A stretch of DNA of 63,907 bases, the filler included, from Octopus bimaculoides (Eukaryota), in assembly GCF_001194135.2 (NCBI RefSeq). It is 9 parts of 8 records of this genome, joined end to end, with 100 filler letters (N's around TTAATTAATTAA, not from the genome) between each part and the next. Parts side by side here need not be neighbours in the genome. Positions count along the whole stretch, not along the records: positions 22,879 to 31,864 come from NC_068986.1; positions 31,965 to 42,726 come from NC_068985.1; 7 more parts are not named here. One strand, given 5' to 3'. A program made the position numbers and the translations under genes. The notes under the pieces are model-generated. The model saw only the letters and a program-made list of their open reading frames with translations. It was not told the DNA's origin and ran no database searches. This document shows positions 25,419 through 38,800 of the stretch, piece after piece; the first letter of the stretch is position 1, and each line of letters opens with the position of its first letter.

Positions 25419-26592
25419 CAGGGTCCAGTGAATAAATTGTTGTCTAAATTATGCAAAAATGAAAATAACACTGACATCTCATTTTAACAGTTATATTTTA
25501 CCAAAATTACATAAAAATATCTTGAAATACTAAAGAGTAAATTTATTCAATAAAATCACCATTGGCTTCAATCATGGCCTTCAGATGACTTTGGAATCTC
25601 CAGCAACTCTTTTGGACAGTCTCCTTGTTCAAGCTGTAGAATGCTACCATAATCCTTGCCTTCAGTTCATCTTTGGTGTTACAAGGAGTTTTGTAGGTCT
25701 CTCGTTCAACTGCACCCTATGCATATTAAGCAAGTAGGTTGCAGTCTGGGGAGTTAGACAGCCAGATGTTAGGGGTGATGTGGTTGCAGATATTGTCTGA
25801 CAGCCATGACTGGGTTCTCCTGCTTGTGTAGCATGGAGCAGAGTCTTGTTGCCAGACATAGTCTTCCAGCAACCATTCTTTAGACCCAGGGCAGCACTAC
25901 CTCCTCCATGCACTTGATGTAGGCTTCTGTGTTGAGTCTGAGGCCATGTGGGGAGATGAATGGAGGCATAACATCACCATCACAAGTGATGTTATGATGT
26001 TATCTGGATGTTTGATTTTTATCACTCTTGGTACAATTTTTTGGGACAAAGCAAGCCAATGGTTGTTCCTTGTGTTCACCATCTGATCTTGGCAGAAATT
26101 TTTCTTGTCTTAGAAAACCCTTTTCCCATCTTGTACATCTTCATGCACTACCTGCCTGGTAAGAAACTCAGACACTCCCATGTCCCTGGTGATGGACCTT
26201 GGAGGGATTGTTGTCAATCATGGCCTGGATTTCACCAACAAATTCAGGAGTTCTTTTCTTATCAGAACAATCAAAGTGAGTTTTCTAAGCTGCTGTACCT
26301 TCAAAATCACCATTAGACTTGTCCAACTCTTTCTGAATCCTCTGCACCGTCTTCAGATTGATATCCAACCACTCTGAAATGTTTGTATTGGAGCTTCTGG
26401 CATAAATGCCAAGCAGTACAGCATGTCGTTTCCAAATTTCTGGCAGAGTGAATTGCATCATGGTGCAGTTTTCTTCACAGATGGTGCCTAATTGATCCTA
26501 CTGTACTGTGTAGTCAACAAAATCAAAGACAAACAATGGGCATGCACAAAATTAAAAATATAAAATGGTGACAATTTACCCATCACACCCTC
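25419..26592 (-). mobile_element. Decayed full-length mariner-like transposon (maT/DD37D type)
   Basis: TA-flanked degenerate TIRs (CAGGGTCCAGTGAATAAATTGT / GAGGGTGTGATGGGTAAATTGT). Translation MQFTLPEIWKRHAVLLGI...YVWQQDSAPCYTSRRTQSWL...SPDCNLL...ARIMVAF...EANGDFIE*. Confidence 0.85.
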
Positions 26593-26752
26593 TATACACA
26601 TGTATGTATGTATATATATGTATGCATACATATATGTGTGTGTGTATATATATGTATATCCATGTGTATATTTATATATATGTGTGTGTGTGTGTGCATA
26701 CACATGTACAGGTTTGGTAGAATAAACTGGAGAAACAGCACTCAATACATGA

Positions 26753-26858
<106 letters not shown>

Positions 26859-26908
26859 AAATTAGAAATAATAATTTTCTAAATCTCTCAGAGAGACTCA
26901 AGCAGTAG

Positions 26909-27156
26909 TGATGCGATAAAGTAGTTGTATACTGCCAACTTAACGTGACCGTCCCAATAAGGGAATATACTACTGCTATTTTGCCCTAGGAAGCTGGACC
27001 GCTTCCTATTAGGCCTTGACACATTTCCTGTGTCCTTATCTTTGCGAAGGGGAGACAAATTCCTCCACCCAAGCTGGTATAGCAGTAGTATATTCCCTTA
27101 TTGGGACTGTCACGTTAAGTTGGCAGTATACAACTACTTTATATATATATATCATC
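26909..27156. mobile_element. MITE with 64-bp near-perfect TIRs (26916-26979 / 27079-27142)
   Basis: ATAAAGTAGTTGTATACTGCCAACTTAACGTGAC...CTACTGCTAT and its reverse complement, one mismatch; same family as 54615-54909. Confidence 0.85.
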
Positions 27157-29620
27157 AACATAGAACCTTTCTGTTTGTGATAATAGAGTAATAATTTTAG
27201 ATATGATATTATGCAATGTTTAAATCCCTCAAATCTTTCCTCATTTTTACCACTGCATCAAAATCTTGCAGTCTCTGTCTGCCTCTTTTTTTTTTTATCA
27301 GTTTCCATAGCATATTTTTTGTGGTTAAATATATCATGGATCAATCAGGAAGTTGAATAACCACTCCCCAAAACTTCTTAATTCAGTTAGACTTGTTGGA
27401 CATTTAAAGTGAGTTACAGCACTAATATTATCTTCCATTGGTTTTAACTCCTCAGTTGAATCAGTGGAGTTGAAATATTCTGACATTTCACCACACCATA
27501 AATACATTTATAGTGATCTAATGTGTGGTCATTGTTATGTAATATTGTTAAGCACCAATTTAGTGTCATGTCATGGTCTTTGCTTGACTAGAATATCGTA
27601 TACATTATTACTTATGTTAGGCTCAAACTTGAAAAGCTTGATAATAATTACCTAAAATTACATGGAAGAGATTTCAAGAACCAAACATTTGAACTAATAT
27701 AATCTGCTATGTGTGTCTTATGTATAGTCATGCATAAAAGCTATTGAACATTAAACTGAGAGAACATTCACTACATTTGAGTATAAAATTTATTTCATTT
27801 TTGTATTGAGTTGGCAAGATTCTTTGATGTGAACTCATGTGTTGGAATAGATTTTGTCATACCTCAGGAGGGTCATTATGCCAATAATAAACACATGTAC
27901 TGGTTTTATTTCACTTTCTTTTGTTATTATTATTCAACTAGTTGACCATGTAACCAATTAACTAATTGCCTGTTTGATTAATCATTTGGTCAATCAATCA
28001 GCAAGATTTTTGCAGACTTCTTTCATTGCAATTTGTGACCTCATCAGGTTTGTCTGTCTACTAGGTTACTGATTCTATGAGTCATTAAATTATAATTTAG
28101 TTTGTACCATCCCCAAAATAAGTAAAGCAGCTGGACTTGAATGTCTATACATGCATGCACTCCCCCTCCCTGTCCATTCAAAAAGTCAGACACTAACCAT
28201 AAAATAAGATGTTTGACCACTTATGCCTTTCACAGAACCTGCACCAATCCCTACCATACACAAACAAGAATGCATGTGTACACATACACATGTGCACACA
28301 GTCTCTCTCTCTCTCTCTCCCTTTCTTTCTCACGCTTACAAGCATTTTCATTTGCATCCTTGCTGGATCTTCAATATTTACTTACGTTTTCTTTTTTTTT
28401 AAATGGTAGGGTGTGATTTGAAGATTTGGTTACTATTTCTTGCAGATCAAGCAACCAATAAGATGTAGGGTGTGTGAGAGGAGGATCCTTTTTGTACTAA
28501 GGGCAAATTACAAATCTGTGGAACATATCTCTGCTGAGGAAAAATAACGAATCTTTCTAATTTAAAAAATTCATAGGTATACAACTTCAGTTGCTGTTTA
28601 AGACTAGGCTTAGATCATTTTTCAAATGTGAATGCATGCAAAAATTTTGTCAACAGGCAAGAGGTTCCTCATTCCTTGTTTAGAATATGTTTCATTGGTA
28701 TGTGTGTATATAGGAAAGAACATCTTCAAAAACTAATCTTTGTTATGCACTTGTCACCTCTTCTGTTCTGACTATACTTGCTTTAGTAAATAAACAGACC
28801 TAACTTAGGTCAAAATCAAAGACATATTCGATTTATATATTGCAAAGATGTAAAAAAAATATTAATACATTGTAATATATTCTTGTTTTCATATCAGAGG
28901 AACGTGCATATGGCTGGACTTGGTATGTTGTCTTGCAAATATCAAAAACTAACGTGATTGTTGTCGATTTCGTTCCATATTTGAAATGTATAGCAAAATA
29001 ATATTGTCGATGCCAGTGTATATTTGTGCATCTACACTATAATGTACAGAAATGGATTTTCATGCTCTCATATGGTATGTATATGTTTGTTCTTACTGCG
29101 TAGTATGTATATGTAAGTAACTGTGAGTGTTTACATACTACTGTGTTAGTGTGTGGTTATATTCTGTTCTCAGTATTCATATGCGTGTTTTTATATTACT
29201 CTGTTTACATATTATTATCTGCGCGCGTGTGCGGCCTAACGGCCCTTAATGTTTGTCTTCGTCGACTGTTTACTCTGTACGTCCACTCTGCCGTTGTTTG
29301 TTTGTTCGAAGCTCTAACTCTCCAGATATTTTATATTTTAAAAATTTCTGAAAGCTGTTGTTTACGAAGTTTACTTATATTGTCGTTGAAAGCTCAAAAT
29401 AGGTAGTAATTAACAGTCGACAACTGAGGAGGAGTTAGGCTTCTTTTGGTAATTTGTCCCGTACTTGTCTCTCATGTGTTTACGTAATTTTCACTCGTTA
29501 CTGATGTCCTGTACTTGATGTTTCTTATATTTATTCATATATATATAGGTACACACACATATATATTATATACATATGTATATAGATAGATATAAGTATA
29601 CATATACATACATACATATA

Positions 29621-29668
<48 letters not shown>

Positions 29669-29820
29669 CACATATATACACATATAAAAATATATACATA
29701 CATACTAACATACATACATATATATGTGTGTATATATATATACACACATACGCACATGTATGTATGTATATGTGTACATGTGTGTGTATCTATATATCTA
29801 TCTATCTACCTATCTAAATA

Positions 29821-30057
29821 CAGTGTACATTTAAACACATAAGAGGCATCCATCATATGGATTCCTTGCACGCTAGAAAGAACAGTTAAATTCCATACCA
29901 TTATTTAGGGATAAAACTTCGAAGGGAATGAAAAATAAAAACATTTTCATTCCCTTCGAAGTTTTATCCCTAAATAGTGGTATGGAATTTAACTGTTCTT
30001 TCTAGCGGGTAAGGAATCCATATGATGGATGCTTCTTATATGTTTAAATGTACAGTG
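29821..30057. mobile_element. Fold-back MITE, Tc1-like: two 114-bp arms with a 9-nt loop
   Basis: Starts CAGTG with TA on both sides (29819-20, 30058-59). The arms are complementary except for a few mismatches. Confidence 0.9.
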
Positions 30058-30153
30058 TATTTATATGAATAATATATCGTCTATTGACTAAATTTTACAC
30101 GCTAGGCCACTGGTAGTAGAAATTTCTAATATTTCTCATTACCCTTGATAATG

Positions 30154-30193
<40 letters not shown>

Positions 30194-30284
30194 GCGCGCG
30201 CACATATAATTGACAAAAAGAAATGACCATCCCCAAGTATAACAATATATATATATATACGCACACTCGTTACACATAATATGG

Positions 30285-30425
30285 GTATTGTGTTGTGGTT
30301 AAGACGTTCGATTCTCGATCATAAAGCTTTCTGGTTCGATCCCACTGCATGATGTCTTGGGCAAATGTCTTCTAACATACGCTGTGGTCGACCCAAGCTT
30401 TGTGTGAAGACAAAAACTGTAGAAA
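30285..30425 (+). mobile_element. Decayed SINE head (family B)
   Basis: GTGTTGTGGTTAAGACGTTCG...GGTTCGATCCCACTGCATGATGTCTTGGGCAAATGTCTTCT. Confidence 0.65.
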
Positions 30426-31783
30426 TCCATTAGATTGACTTTAATCGTGTTTCAAAGAGCCAATCACATTTTAAGAGTACAAAGTACCTGGAAAACGATG
30501 CCACTTTTATTATAATTCATTGAGTAAGATGTTCGATTGATCTAACGACTAGAATACTCACCTTTGAGTCCGAAGGATCCATTTATTACTGTACGTATGT
30601 TTACACGATACTGAATGAATATATGTACATCTTATTAACGTTTACATTATGACTTATGATTGTGTTTACATTTTCTGTAATGCATATGTTGACTGCATGT
30701 TTTTTGTTATTAAACAATCAGTTCTAAAGTCATTCGCAATGCAATATTAAAATGAATTACTTATGCATCCATACATATTTATAAAAACACAAATACCATA
30801 TTGTGTTTGTCATGTATTTCAAGTTTGTTGCCGTTTTATGTAAAGCGTGTAATTTATTAAATATCCTTTTGTCCCGTCTCAACCCTTGTCATGTAGCCCC
30901 AGCTGTGACCAGCCCCACCTTTCTGTATATATAGGACTACACTGAAGAAAGTGTTCTTTTTTTTTTTTTAAGGCAACTGTAGGAAATGTTTCATCGAAAG
31001 ATCGCCATTCAGGCGATCTTTAGATTATTATTGAACTGCTATTTCTGGCAGATCGAGGTGAGAGTAGAGGATCCAGTTGGTTTGCTCTGTTCAGTAGTGC
31101 TAGGTCAACACGAATCAAACAAACTGTTGATCAATAGCATTCCAACCGTAACCATCTCGTCGGTTTAAAGGCATGTCTATATTCCTGCAGGTATATGTAC
31201 CTAAACCTAAAGATCATTTTGTTATTTTCATTTAAAATGAAAGACCCATATATCTATGCTTGTGTTATGTGTTACATTATATCGTATATGTTTCTGTATA
31301 TGCTTTTCATTCACCTTTAATTCTAGTTTACTGTGTGTGTGCATGCATGTGTAATGTAAACAGACTGTAAACATAAACTGTATGCATATCACATATGCAT
31401 ATATTTTGTGTGCACGCGGCGCATATACCCGAACGGATATATATTGTACACACGAACACAACTGTGTACATTCCCTACTCATGCATTTATATGTATTTGA
31501 AAGAGGAAGTTTTATGGTTTATGCCATTCAGTTTTCATAGTTTATAGACTTGTGAAACTTTCACGTTATTTTACACCTGTATCTTTGTTTAAATTCAGTA
31601 CATTGTATTGACATACTGTCTGGTAAATGGCAATAGATCATACCATTATGTATATTTGTAAGTTTGTTATTGTGTGTAACTGTTAATCCATGCGTATATG
31701 TATGTGTGTGTGTGTATGTATGTATGTATGTATACCTAGATAGATAGACAAACAGACAGGCAGATGTATATGTATACATATAG

Positions 31784-31829
<46 letters not shown>

Positions 31830-31864
31830 TATATATTACAATATATATGTATATTATATTATAT

Positions 31865-31964
31865 NNNNNNNNNNNNNNNNNNNNNNNNNNNNNNNNNNNN
31901 NNNNNNNNTTAATTAATTAANNNNNNNNNNNNNNNNNNNNNNNNNNNNNNNNNNNNNNNNNNNN
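31865..31964. other. Artificial scaffolding linker (N44-TTAATTAATTAA-N44)
   Basis: Same construct as 22779-22878. Confidence 0.95.
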
Positions 31965-32239
31965 CGGACTCGCAGTCGAGGAAAGGAAAACCGAGGTAAG
32001 GCGATTACATCTACTCGTACGCACACACCACAGTTATTTCATGTTAAAGTTGTCGTATTTCTGTAATTTCAACCAATGACTGACGTCCATTCATCCGTAA
32101 AAATTAAGTGCTGAGTACGTAAACAAACGATAAAATTATTATTTCCTTGTCAAAAAATGGCTGAAGCATATTAGCAGTAGCTAATAAACCTTTCTATTAT
32201 AGGCACAAGGCATGGTTTTGAAGGGAAGGAGCAAGTCAA

Positions 32240-32269
32240 TTAGGGTTAGGGTTAGGGTTAGGGTTAGGG
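32240..32269 (+). repeat. Interstitial telomeric sequence, perfect (TTAGGG)5
   Basis: Read directly. Confidence 0.95.
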
Positions 32270-32529
32270 AAAACGAACACACGTGTGTTGCCTCTGCAAA
32301 ATGTCAGAAGTAATGGAGATTAAAGACGCTTTACACCGCTTAAAGTGCCAAAGGAGTAAGTGTAAACAGCTGAATACTTGTCAGTGATTGGTTGAAATTA
32401 TCGAAATAAGACAATTTTTTACATGAAATAAATTCGAATACAAAATTTTTTTCTGTTCTATAACACAAAATAGATAAGTATACAAAATTTGAAAGTCTTT
32501 CGGTACCAAAAACACTACATAAAACATAA

Positions 32530-35500
32530 ATGAAAACTGGTGCCCCTGTTTTGAACAAGATCCACTTGTGAAGCTGAAGAAACCATTCCCTATAACGCTG
32601 GGAAAGACAAGCCAATTTCTTTATTAACTACGAAACACAGTTCAACATAGAAAACGCATTGGATAACCCCTTCCTGAAGAAAAATAAACCAAAAACATAC
32701 ACAGAAATGACCCCACACTTATCTAACACAAACCACAGACGATCTAGGGGACACAACTCCACCGACCTAACCTCTCTTAAACCGCAAAATAACTTTCAAA
32801 CAACAATCAGGAATTCAGCCCACAATAGAAAATCTGGACGTAATCCTCAAGGCACCCTATATTCAAATCAAAGGATCCATCGAAACCGCCAGACTAACCT
32901 AAACTTTCGGGAACCAATACCTACCAATCTACCCCCATCATCTCACAATCAATGGAAGAATTTACCCCCGAGACTTAACCCTCAACATGGTTACTTCAAT
33001 CATTCGACTAGACACAACCTACCTAGATAACATAACTTCTCCCTCCACCTACATTACAATATAAAAAATAAATTTAATCCAAACCACATCAACCATAGAC
33101 AATATAACAACCCTCAGTACAACCATAATCTAGTCCACTACACAGTCACTCCATCACAAACATACTACCACAAACACACTTTACACCCATTTCTCCTCAG
33201 CAAACCAAACACAATACAGACTTTCCACAACAATCCACCTATTACAACTATTTTTTAGACCTAAATCAGAGAAACAGAGATGTGAAATAGAACAAAATGT
33301 ACAAGAACAACCGAAAATAATAAACTTATCAAAGAAAATCCTAACTAAAATTCTAGCAAGAGGTTTAAAGTTTACTCCAACTCCTCGCAGATCGAACCCG
33401 AATGAAATTAAGAATAACACTATGGATTTCTGCCGAAAATTACGCCTCACAGAAGCACTTCACAACTACACCAGCGAAGATGACTCAATAGTAAAAATCA
33501 AAAGCGAATACTGCCCTACAAATGGCAGAAAAAAAGCACTTGATGCTTTTTGTGAACACAAAACCAATTTTCCTTTTAATACCTTACAAAAACAACGAAT
33601 TAAATCCAACCTTAACGTAAATGAATGGAAAGACCATTAAAAAAGCCGACAAAGGAAATGCGGTAGTGGTGATAGACATAGAGTACTACAAAAATTTAAT
33701 ACTCTCCATGTTAGAAAATAATATTTACTATGAGAAGATACAACCTGCAGAAGACACTTAAAACTTATCCTCCTTACTTCAAATACATGGAAAGGGCTTC
33801 ACTAAAAATGAAATTGACTACTTATCCAATTTTAAATACAGACCTAGTCTATTCTACTGATTACCTAAAATACACAAAAACCTACATATTTGTGAAGCTT
33901 GCAAAGTTTCTCCAAGCCTATGCATTCATGTTCTCCCCCCTACTGACCTCAAACTGCTTTGTGAAACCCACCGTTTGAGCAACTTCCTCGATATCTTACT
34001 CAAACCGTTTCTAAAATATGTGAAAAGCTTCATCAGGGATGACTTAGACATGCTTAACCACCTCCCAAAGACAATAAATGAAGGAACTCTATTGGTATCA
34101 TTCGATGTGGTGAATTTGTACACCAATATCCCACACGATTATGGTATAGAAGTGATCACCTTCTGGCTAGAAAAATACCCACCAGAGATACCAGGACGCA
34201 TCAACCACAGATTCATAATCGCAGCACCCAAATTCATCCTACAGAAGAACTATTTCATGTTCGATACAGTTTACTATCGACAAAAATTTGTGGAATTGCA
34301 ATAGGAACCCGAGCTGCTCCAGTGATTGCGAACCTTGCAATGGGTTACCTAGAGCTTAAAATATACTAATCATCACTACAAAAATATGGCACCTCATTTT
34401 CAGGAGAACTGGAAGAGGTATTTGGACGATTGCTTTATACTTTGGAAGACAGCATGGACAAACTTCTCGATTTCAAAGTAATGCTTAACAATATTAATAG
34501 CAACATACAATTCACCATGGAGCACAGCAGTAAACAACTCCCTTTTCTTGACATCCTAATTAAAATAGTCAATAACCACATCGAAACACATCTATAAACC
34601 CACAGATTCTGCCACCTCAAACACAAAAATTGATATACCTTATAATCTTGCGAAAAGAATTTGTACCATAGTTTCGGACACCTATACTCGTGAACGAAGA
34701 CTCCTTGAACTCAGATCAATATTAATCAAAAGACATTACCCAATATCATTAAACGAGCTAAGGAAATAGATATACGAACATTAAGGGAAGTCAACCGAAA
34801 TACTAAACCAGACTTAAAAATACTTCCATACATCTCCACACATAACCCCAGAAACAACGAAGCCTTCAACATTATCATTCAAAATCTACCCATCCTCACA
34901 AGAGATAAAACAATGAACAAAATTTTAGGCTCACACAAAATTATCAAAAACAAAATGCAACCTAAATCATTGAAAAAAATATTAACCAGTGCAAGACTAT
35001 ATCCATTAACAACAGAACCAAAAGTGAAAAAATGTGGTCGACCTAACTGTGATACATGCCCCCATTTTTTGGAGGGTTCAGAGTTCCACTTTAAACAAGG
35101 TGAAGTATTTAAGATTAAATCAAATTTCACCTGTGCCTCTGAAAATCTAATCTATGCCATTACATGCTTAGGGTGTGGTCAAACAGGAATATCAATCCGT
35201 CGAAGAACCACTCTCCACAAAGAACAAATCCGTCACCCACAATACAGACAGATACAGGTCAGTGAACACATAGAAAGGTGTGCTAGGAACCTTAATCCTA
35301 ATTTCCTAATTTTCCCCTTCTATCAATGTTCACAGAACACCTCAGTACAACAAAGAATGAATAAAGAGGCAACTTTCATCAATAAATATTTTCCACGACT
35401 CAATATGATAACATGACTTAATACAGAACAGTACTACACTTTCAATTAATACCACCCATACATCCCATACACCATTCACATTACCCTAATTGCACCTAAT

Positions 35501-35660
35501 CCAGAACTACTTACCTCCCTTACACATAATCTTTTTACTCAGGGTCTAGTTGACCCGACACCGTTCGGTAATCGGTGTGCATTCAAATCAGTGATCAGTA
35601 ATTTTACGAAACCGGTATGAATCTCTTTAACAATTCACTATAATGACTTTTATTCCTACT
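32530..35660 (+). mobile_element. Near full-length Penelope-like element (RT and C-terminal GIY-YIG endonuclease, Neptune-like), frameshifted
   Basis: IINLSKK...RGLKFTPTP...RKLRL; SFDVVNLYTNIPHD; GIAIGTRAAPVIANLAMG; WKRYLDDCF (34419-34430); KCGRPNCDTCP; FTCASENLIYAITCLGCG...LHKEQI...VSEHIERC; stop at 35416. An N/H/P-rich leader upstream of about 33280 is less certain. Confidence 0.9.
35586..35622 (+). ncRNA. Decayed hammerhead-ribozyme-like motif in the PLE 3' pseudo-LTR
   Basis: AATCA-GTGATCA (2 mismatches to CTGATGA)-GTA ATTT TAC-GAAA-CCGG-TA-TGAAT. Confidence 0.4.
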
Positions 35661-35859
35661 TCACTTCATCTAATTGTATATATCTATCGTAACTTTTCAG
35701 AAAAAGCCTTTACTTTCTTTGATTTCCAATGTGCATTTTCGCTTATTTTTCTTCTTACTTTGCTCTTACATTTCCACGTGTAGTTTCTATTTTCTTTTTG
35801 TAACATATTTCTATTATATACATATAACGAATTTCGGACTCGTGCTGATATCCACAGCT

Positions 35860-38800
35860 TTGTGTGCCGCGTTAGATTGTGTGCGCTTTTCCGCGACACT
35901 CCACCCGCATCTAACGAGGAGGACTGCTTCACCGACCTGGGCCGCCGACCATCCCAGTGGACGCCTTCTCCTGGCCAGTTCTAAGCAGTTGATCTTTTTG
36001 CGGGTGCCTGCCAGCGTGCTGTGGACCGGTTTAACTTTTCCAGGCGTCCCTGTCGACTCAACATCTCCCCAGCCGAACTTTCGGTCCCTCGATCTCTACG
36101 ACGCCGCACTGACATCATTANNNNNNNNNNNNNNNNNNNNNNNNNNNNNNNNNNNNNNNNNNNNNNNNNNNNNNNNNNNNNNNNNNNNNNNNNNNNNNNN
36201 NNNNNNNNNNNNNNNNNNNNNNNNNNNNNNNNNNNNNNNNNNNNNNNNNNNNNNNNNNNNNNNNNNNNNNNNNNNNNNNNNNNNNNNNNNNNNNNNNNNN
36301 NNNNNNNNNNNNNNNNNNNNNNNNNNNNNNNNNNNNNNNNNNNNNNNNNNNNNNNNNNNNNNNNNNNNNNNNNNNNNNNNNNNNNNNNNNNNNNNNNNNN
36401 NNNNNNNNNNNNNNNNNNNNNNNNNNNNNNNNNNNNNNNNNNNNNNNNNNNNNNNNNNNNNNNNNNNNNNNNNNNNNNNNNNNNNNNNNNNNNNNNNNNN
36501 NNNNNNNNNNNNNNNNNNNNNNNNNNNNNNNNNNNNNNNNNNNNNNNNNNNNNNNNNNNNNNNNNNNNNNNNNNNNNNNNNNNNNNNNNNNNNNNNNNNN
36601 NNNNNNNNNNNNNNNNNNNNNNNNNNNNNNNNNNNNNNNNNNNNNNNNNNNNNNNNNNNNNNNNNNNNNNNNNNNNNNNNNNNNNNNNNNNNNNNNNNNN
36701 NNNNNNNNNNNNNNNNNNNNNNNNNNNNNNNNNNNNNNNNNNNNNNNNNNNNNNNNNNNNNNNNNNNNNNNNNNNNNNNNNNNNNNNNNNNNNNNNNNNN
36801 NNNNNNNNNNNNNNNNNNNNNNNNNNNNNNNNNNNNNAGTGGCCATGATAACAAGAATGGGCCCAAACTATGCGAACCTGTCGTTGGCTATGTTGAGGCC
36901 CAAATATTCTCAAGTTTCACTGGTCCCACTCTCGAACTATATGGCCGTTATATTGATGACTGTATCGGTTCCACCTCGCTCTCCCGCGAACATCTAGACT
37001 CCTTCCTCTCTTTTGTCAAATCTTTCCATCCTGCCCTCCACTTCTCTTGCACTATCTCTGACACTTCTGTCTCCTTTCTTGACATATCGGTCAGCGTCCA
37101 TCACTCCACTCTTACCACCTCCATCCACTACAAACACTCTTATCTCAACTTCTCCTCCTCCCACCTAAACATACAAAGCTTTCCATCCCCTATTCCCAAT
37201 TCCTCCGTCTACGCAGGCTCTGTAGTGACAACCATGACTTTGAGACTCAGTCTCAACTCATGGCTCGCCACTTCTTCACGTAGATATCCCCTCACCACTA
37301 TCCACACCGTCCTTGCCAGAGCACGTTCCGTGGACCGTGCATCTGCTCTCTCTCCCCGAACCTGCCTTGCCATCTCCCGCCTCCCTTTTCCCCTCACCTN
37401 NNNNNNNNNNNNNNNNNNNNNNNNNNNNNNNNNNNNNNNNNNNNNNNNNNNNNNNNNNNNNNNNNNNNNNNNNNNNNNNNNNNNNNNNNNNNNNNNNNNN
37501 NNNNNNNNNNNNNNNNNNNNNNNNNNNNNNNNNNNNNNNNNNNNNNNNNNNNNNNNNNNNNNNNNNNNNNNNNNNNNNNNNNNNNNNNNNNNNNNNNNNN
37601 NNNNNNNNNNNNNNNNNNNNNNNNNNNNNNNNNNNNNNNNNNNNNNNNNNNNNNNNNNNNNNNNNNNNNNNNNNNNNNNNNNNNNNNNNNNNNNNNNNNN
37701 NNNNNNNNNNNNNNNNNNNNNNNNNNNNNNNNNNNNNNNNNNNNNNNNNNNNNNNNNNNNNNNNNNNNNNNNNNNNNNNNNNNNNNNNNNNNNNNNNNNN
37801 NNNNNNNNNNNNNNNNNNNNNNNNNNNNNNNNNNNNNNNNNNNNNNNNNNNNNNNNNNNNNNNNNNNNNNNNNNNNNNNNNNNNNNNNNNNNNNNNNNNN
37901 NNNNNNNNNNNNNNNNNNNNNNNNNNNNNNNNNNNNNNNNNNNNNNNNNNNNNNNNNNNNNNNNNNNNNNNNNNNNNNNNNNNNNNNNNNNNNNNNNNNN
38001 NNNNNNNNNNNNNNNNNNNNNNNNNNNNNNNNNNNNNNNNNNNNNNNNNNNNNNNNNNNNNNNNNNNNNNNNNNNNNNNNNNNNNNNNNNNNNNNNNNNN
38101 NNNNNNNNNNNNNNNNNNNNNNNNNNNNNNNNNNNNNNNNNNNNNNNNNNNNNNNNNNNNNNNNNNNNNNNNNNNNNNNNNNNNNNNNNNNNNNNNNNNN
38201 NNNNNNNNNNNNNNNNNNNNNNNNNNNNNNNNNNNNNNNNNNNNNNNNNNNNNNNNNNNNNNNNNNNNNNNNNNNNNNNNNNNNNNNNNNNNNNNNNNNN
38301 NNNNNNNNNNNNNNNNNNNNNNNNNNNNNNNNNNNNNNNNNNNNNNNNNNNNNNNNNNNNNNNNNNNNNNNNNNNNNNNNNNNNNNNNNNNNNNNNNNNT
38401 CCCATCTCTTACACCCTCTCCCACATACCCCACTCTCTACCTACACACATACCCCACCTACCCCAACCTCTGTCTACCCACATACCCCAACTCTACCCCA
38501 CCCCAGCCAAACCACGCCCTACCCGTGCTTTCCCCACTCTCGCCTCCCCCACCTCTCAACACCGCGCTACACCATACCATACAACACATCACATCACACC
38601 ACCACGCACACACCAGCACTGACCAATCCCCATCCCTACATTTTCACACCTTCACACCTACATAGACACACGCATACGTTAAGATCACCAGCATTCTCTC
38701 TCACACACGCACCTTCGTTTTGGGATCACTACTACTTTGTTATCTCCCCTTCTTAACTCACCTGTGTGACCCTTCTGTCCGGCATTCGCCATGATAGATC

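Noticed and set aside
28898-28922. 25-nt possible micro-exon (TTTTCATATCAG|...TTG|GTATGT)
   Set aside because: Splice-like signals of this quality arise by chance in AT-rich DNA; there is no partner exon or transcript evidence.
34913-35416. Selenoprotein-encoding Naiad-type PLE
   Set aside because: The domain order is RT then endonuclease, whereas Naiads have an N-terminal endonuclease, and the conserved Cys codons are not TGA.
35674-38622. 982-aa ORF and other long ORFs spanning N-runs (e.g. 6800-8068, 54834-56300)
   Set aside because: Their length comes from N translated as X; only the short TE-derived segments are real.
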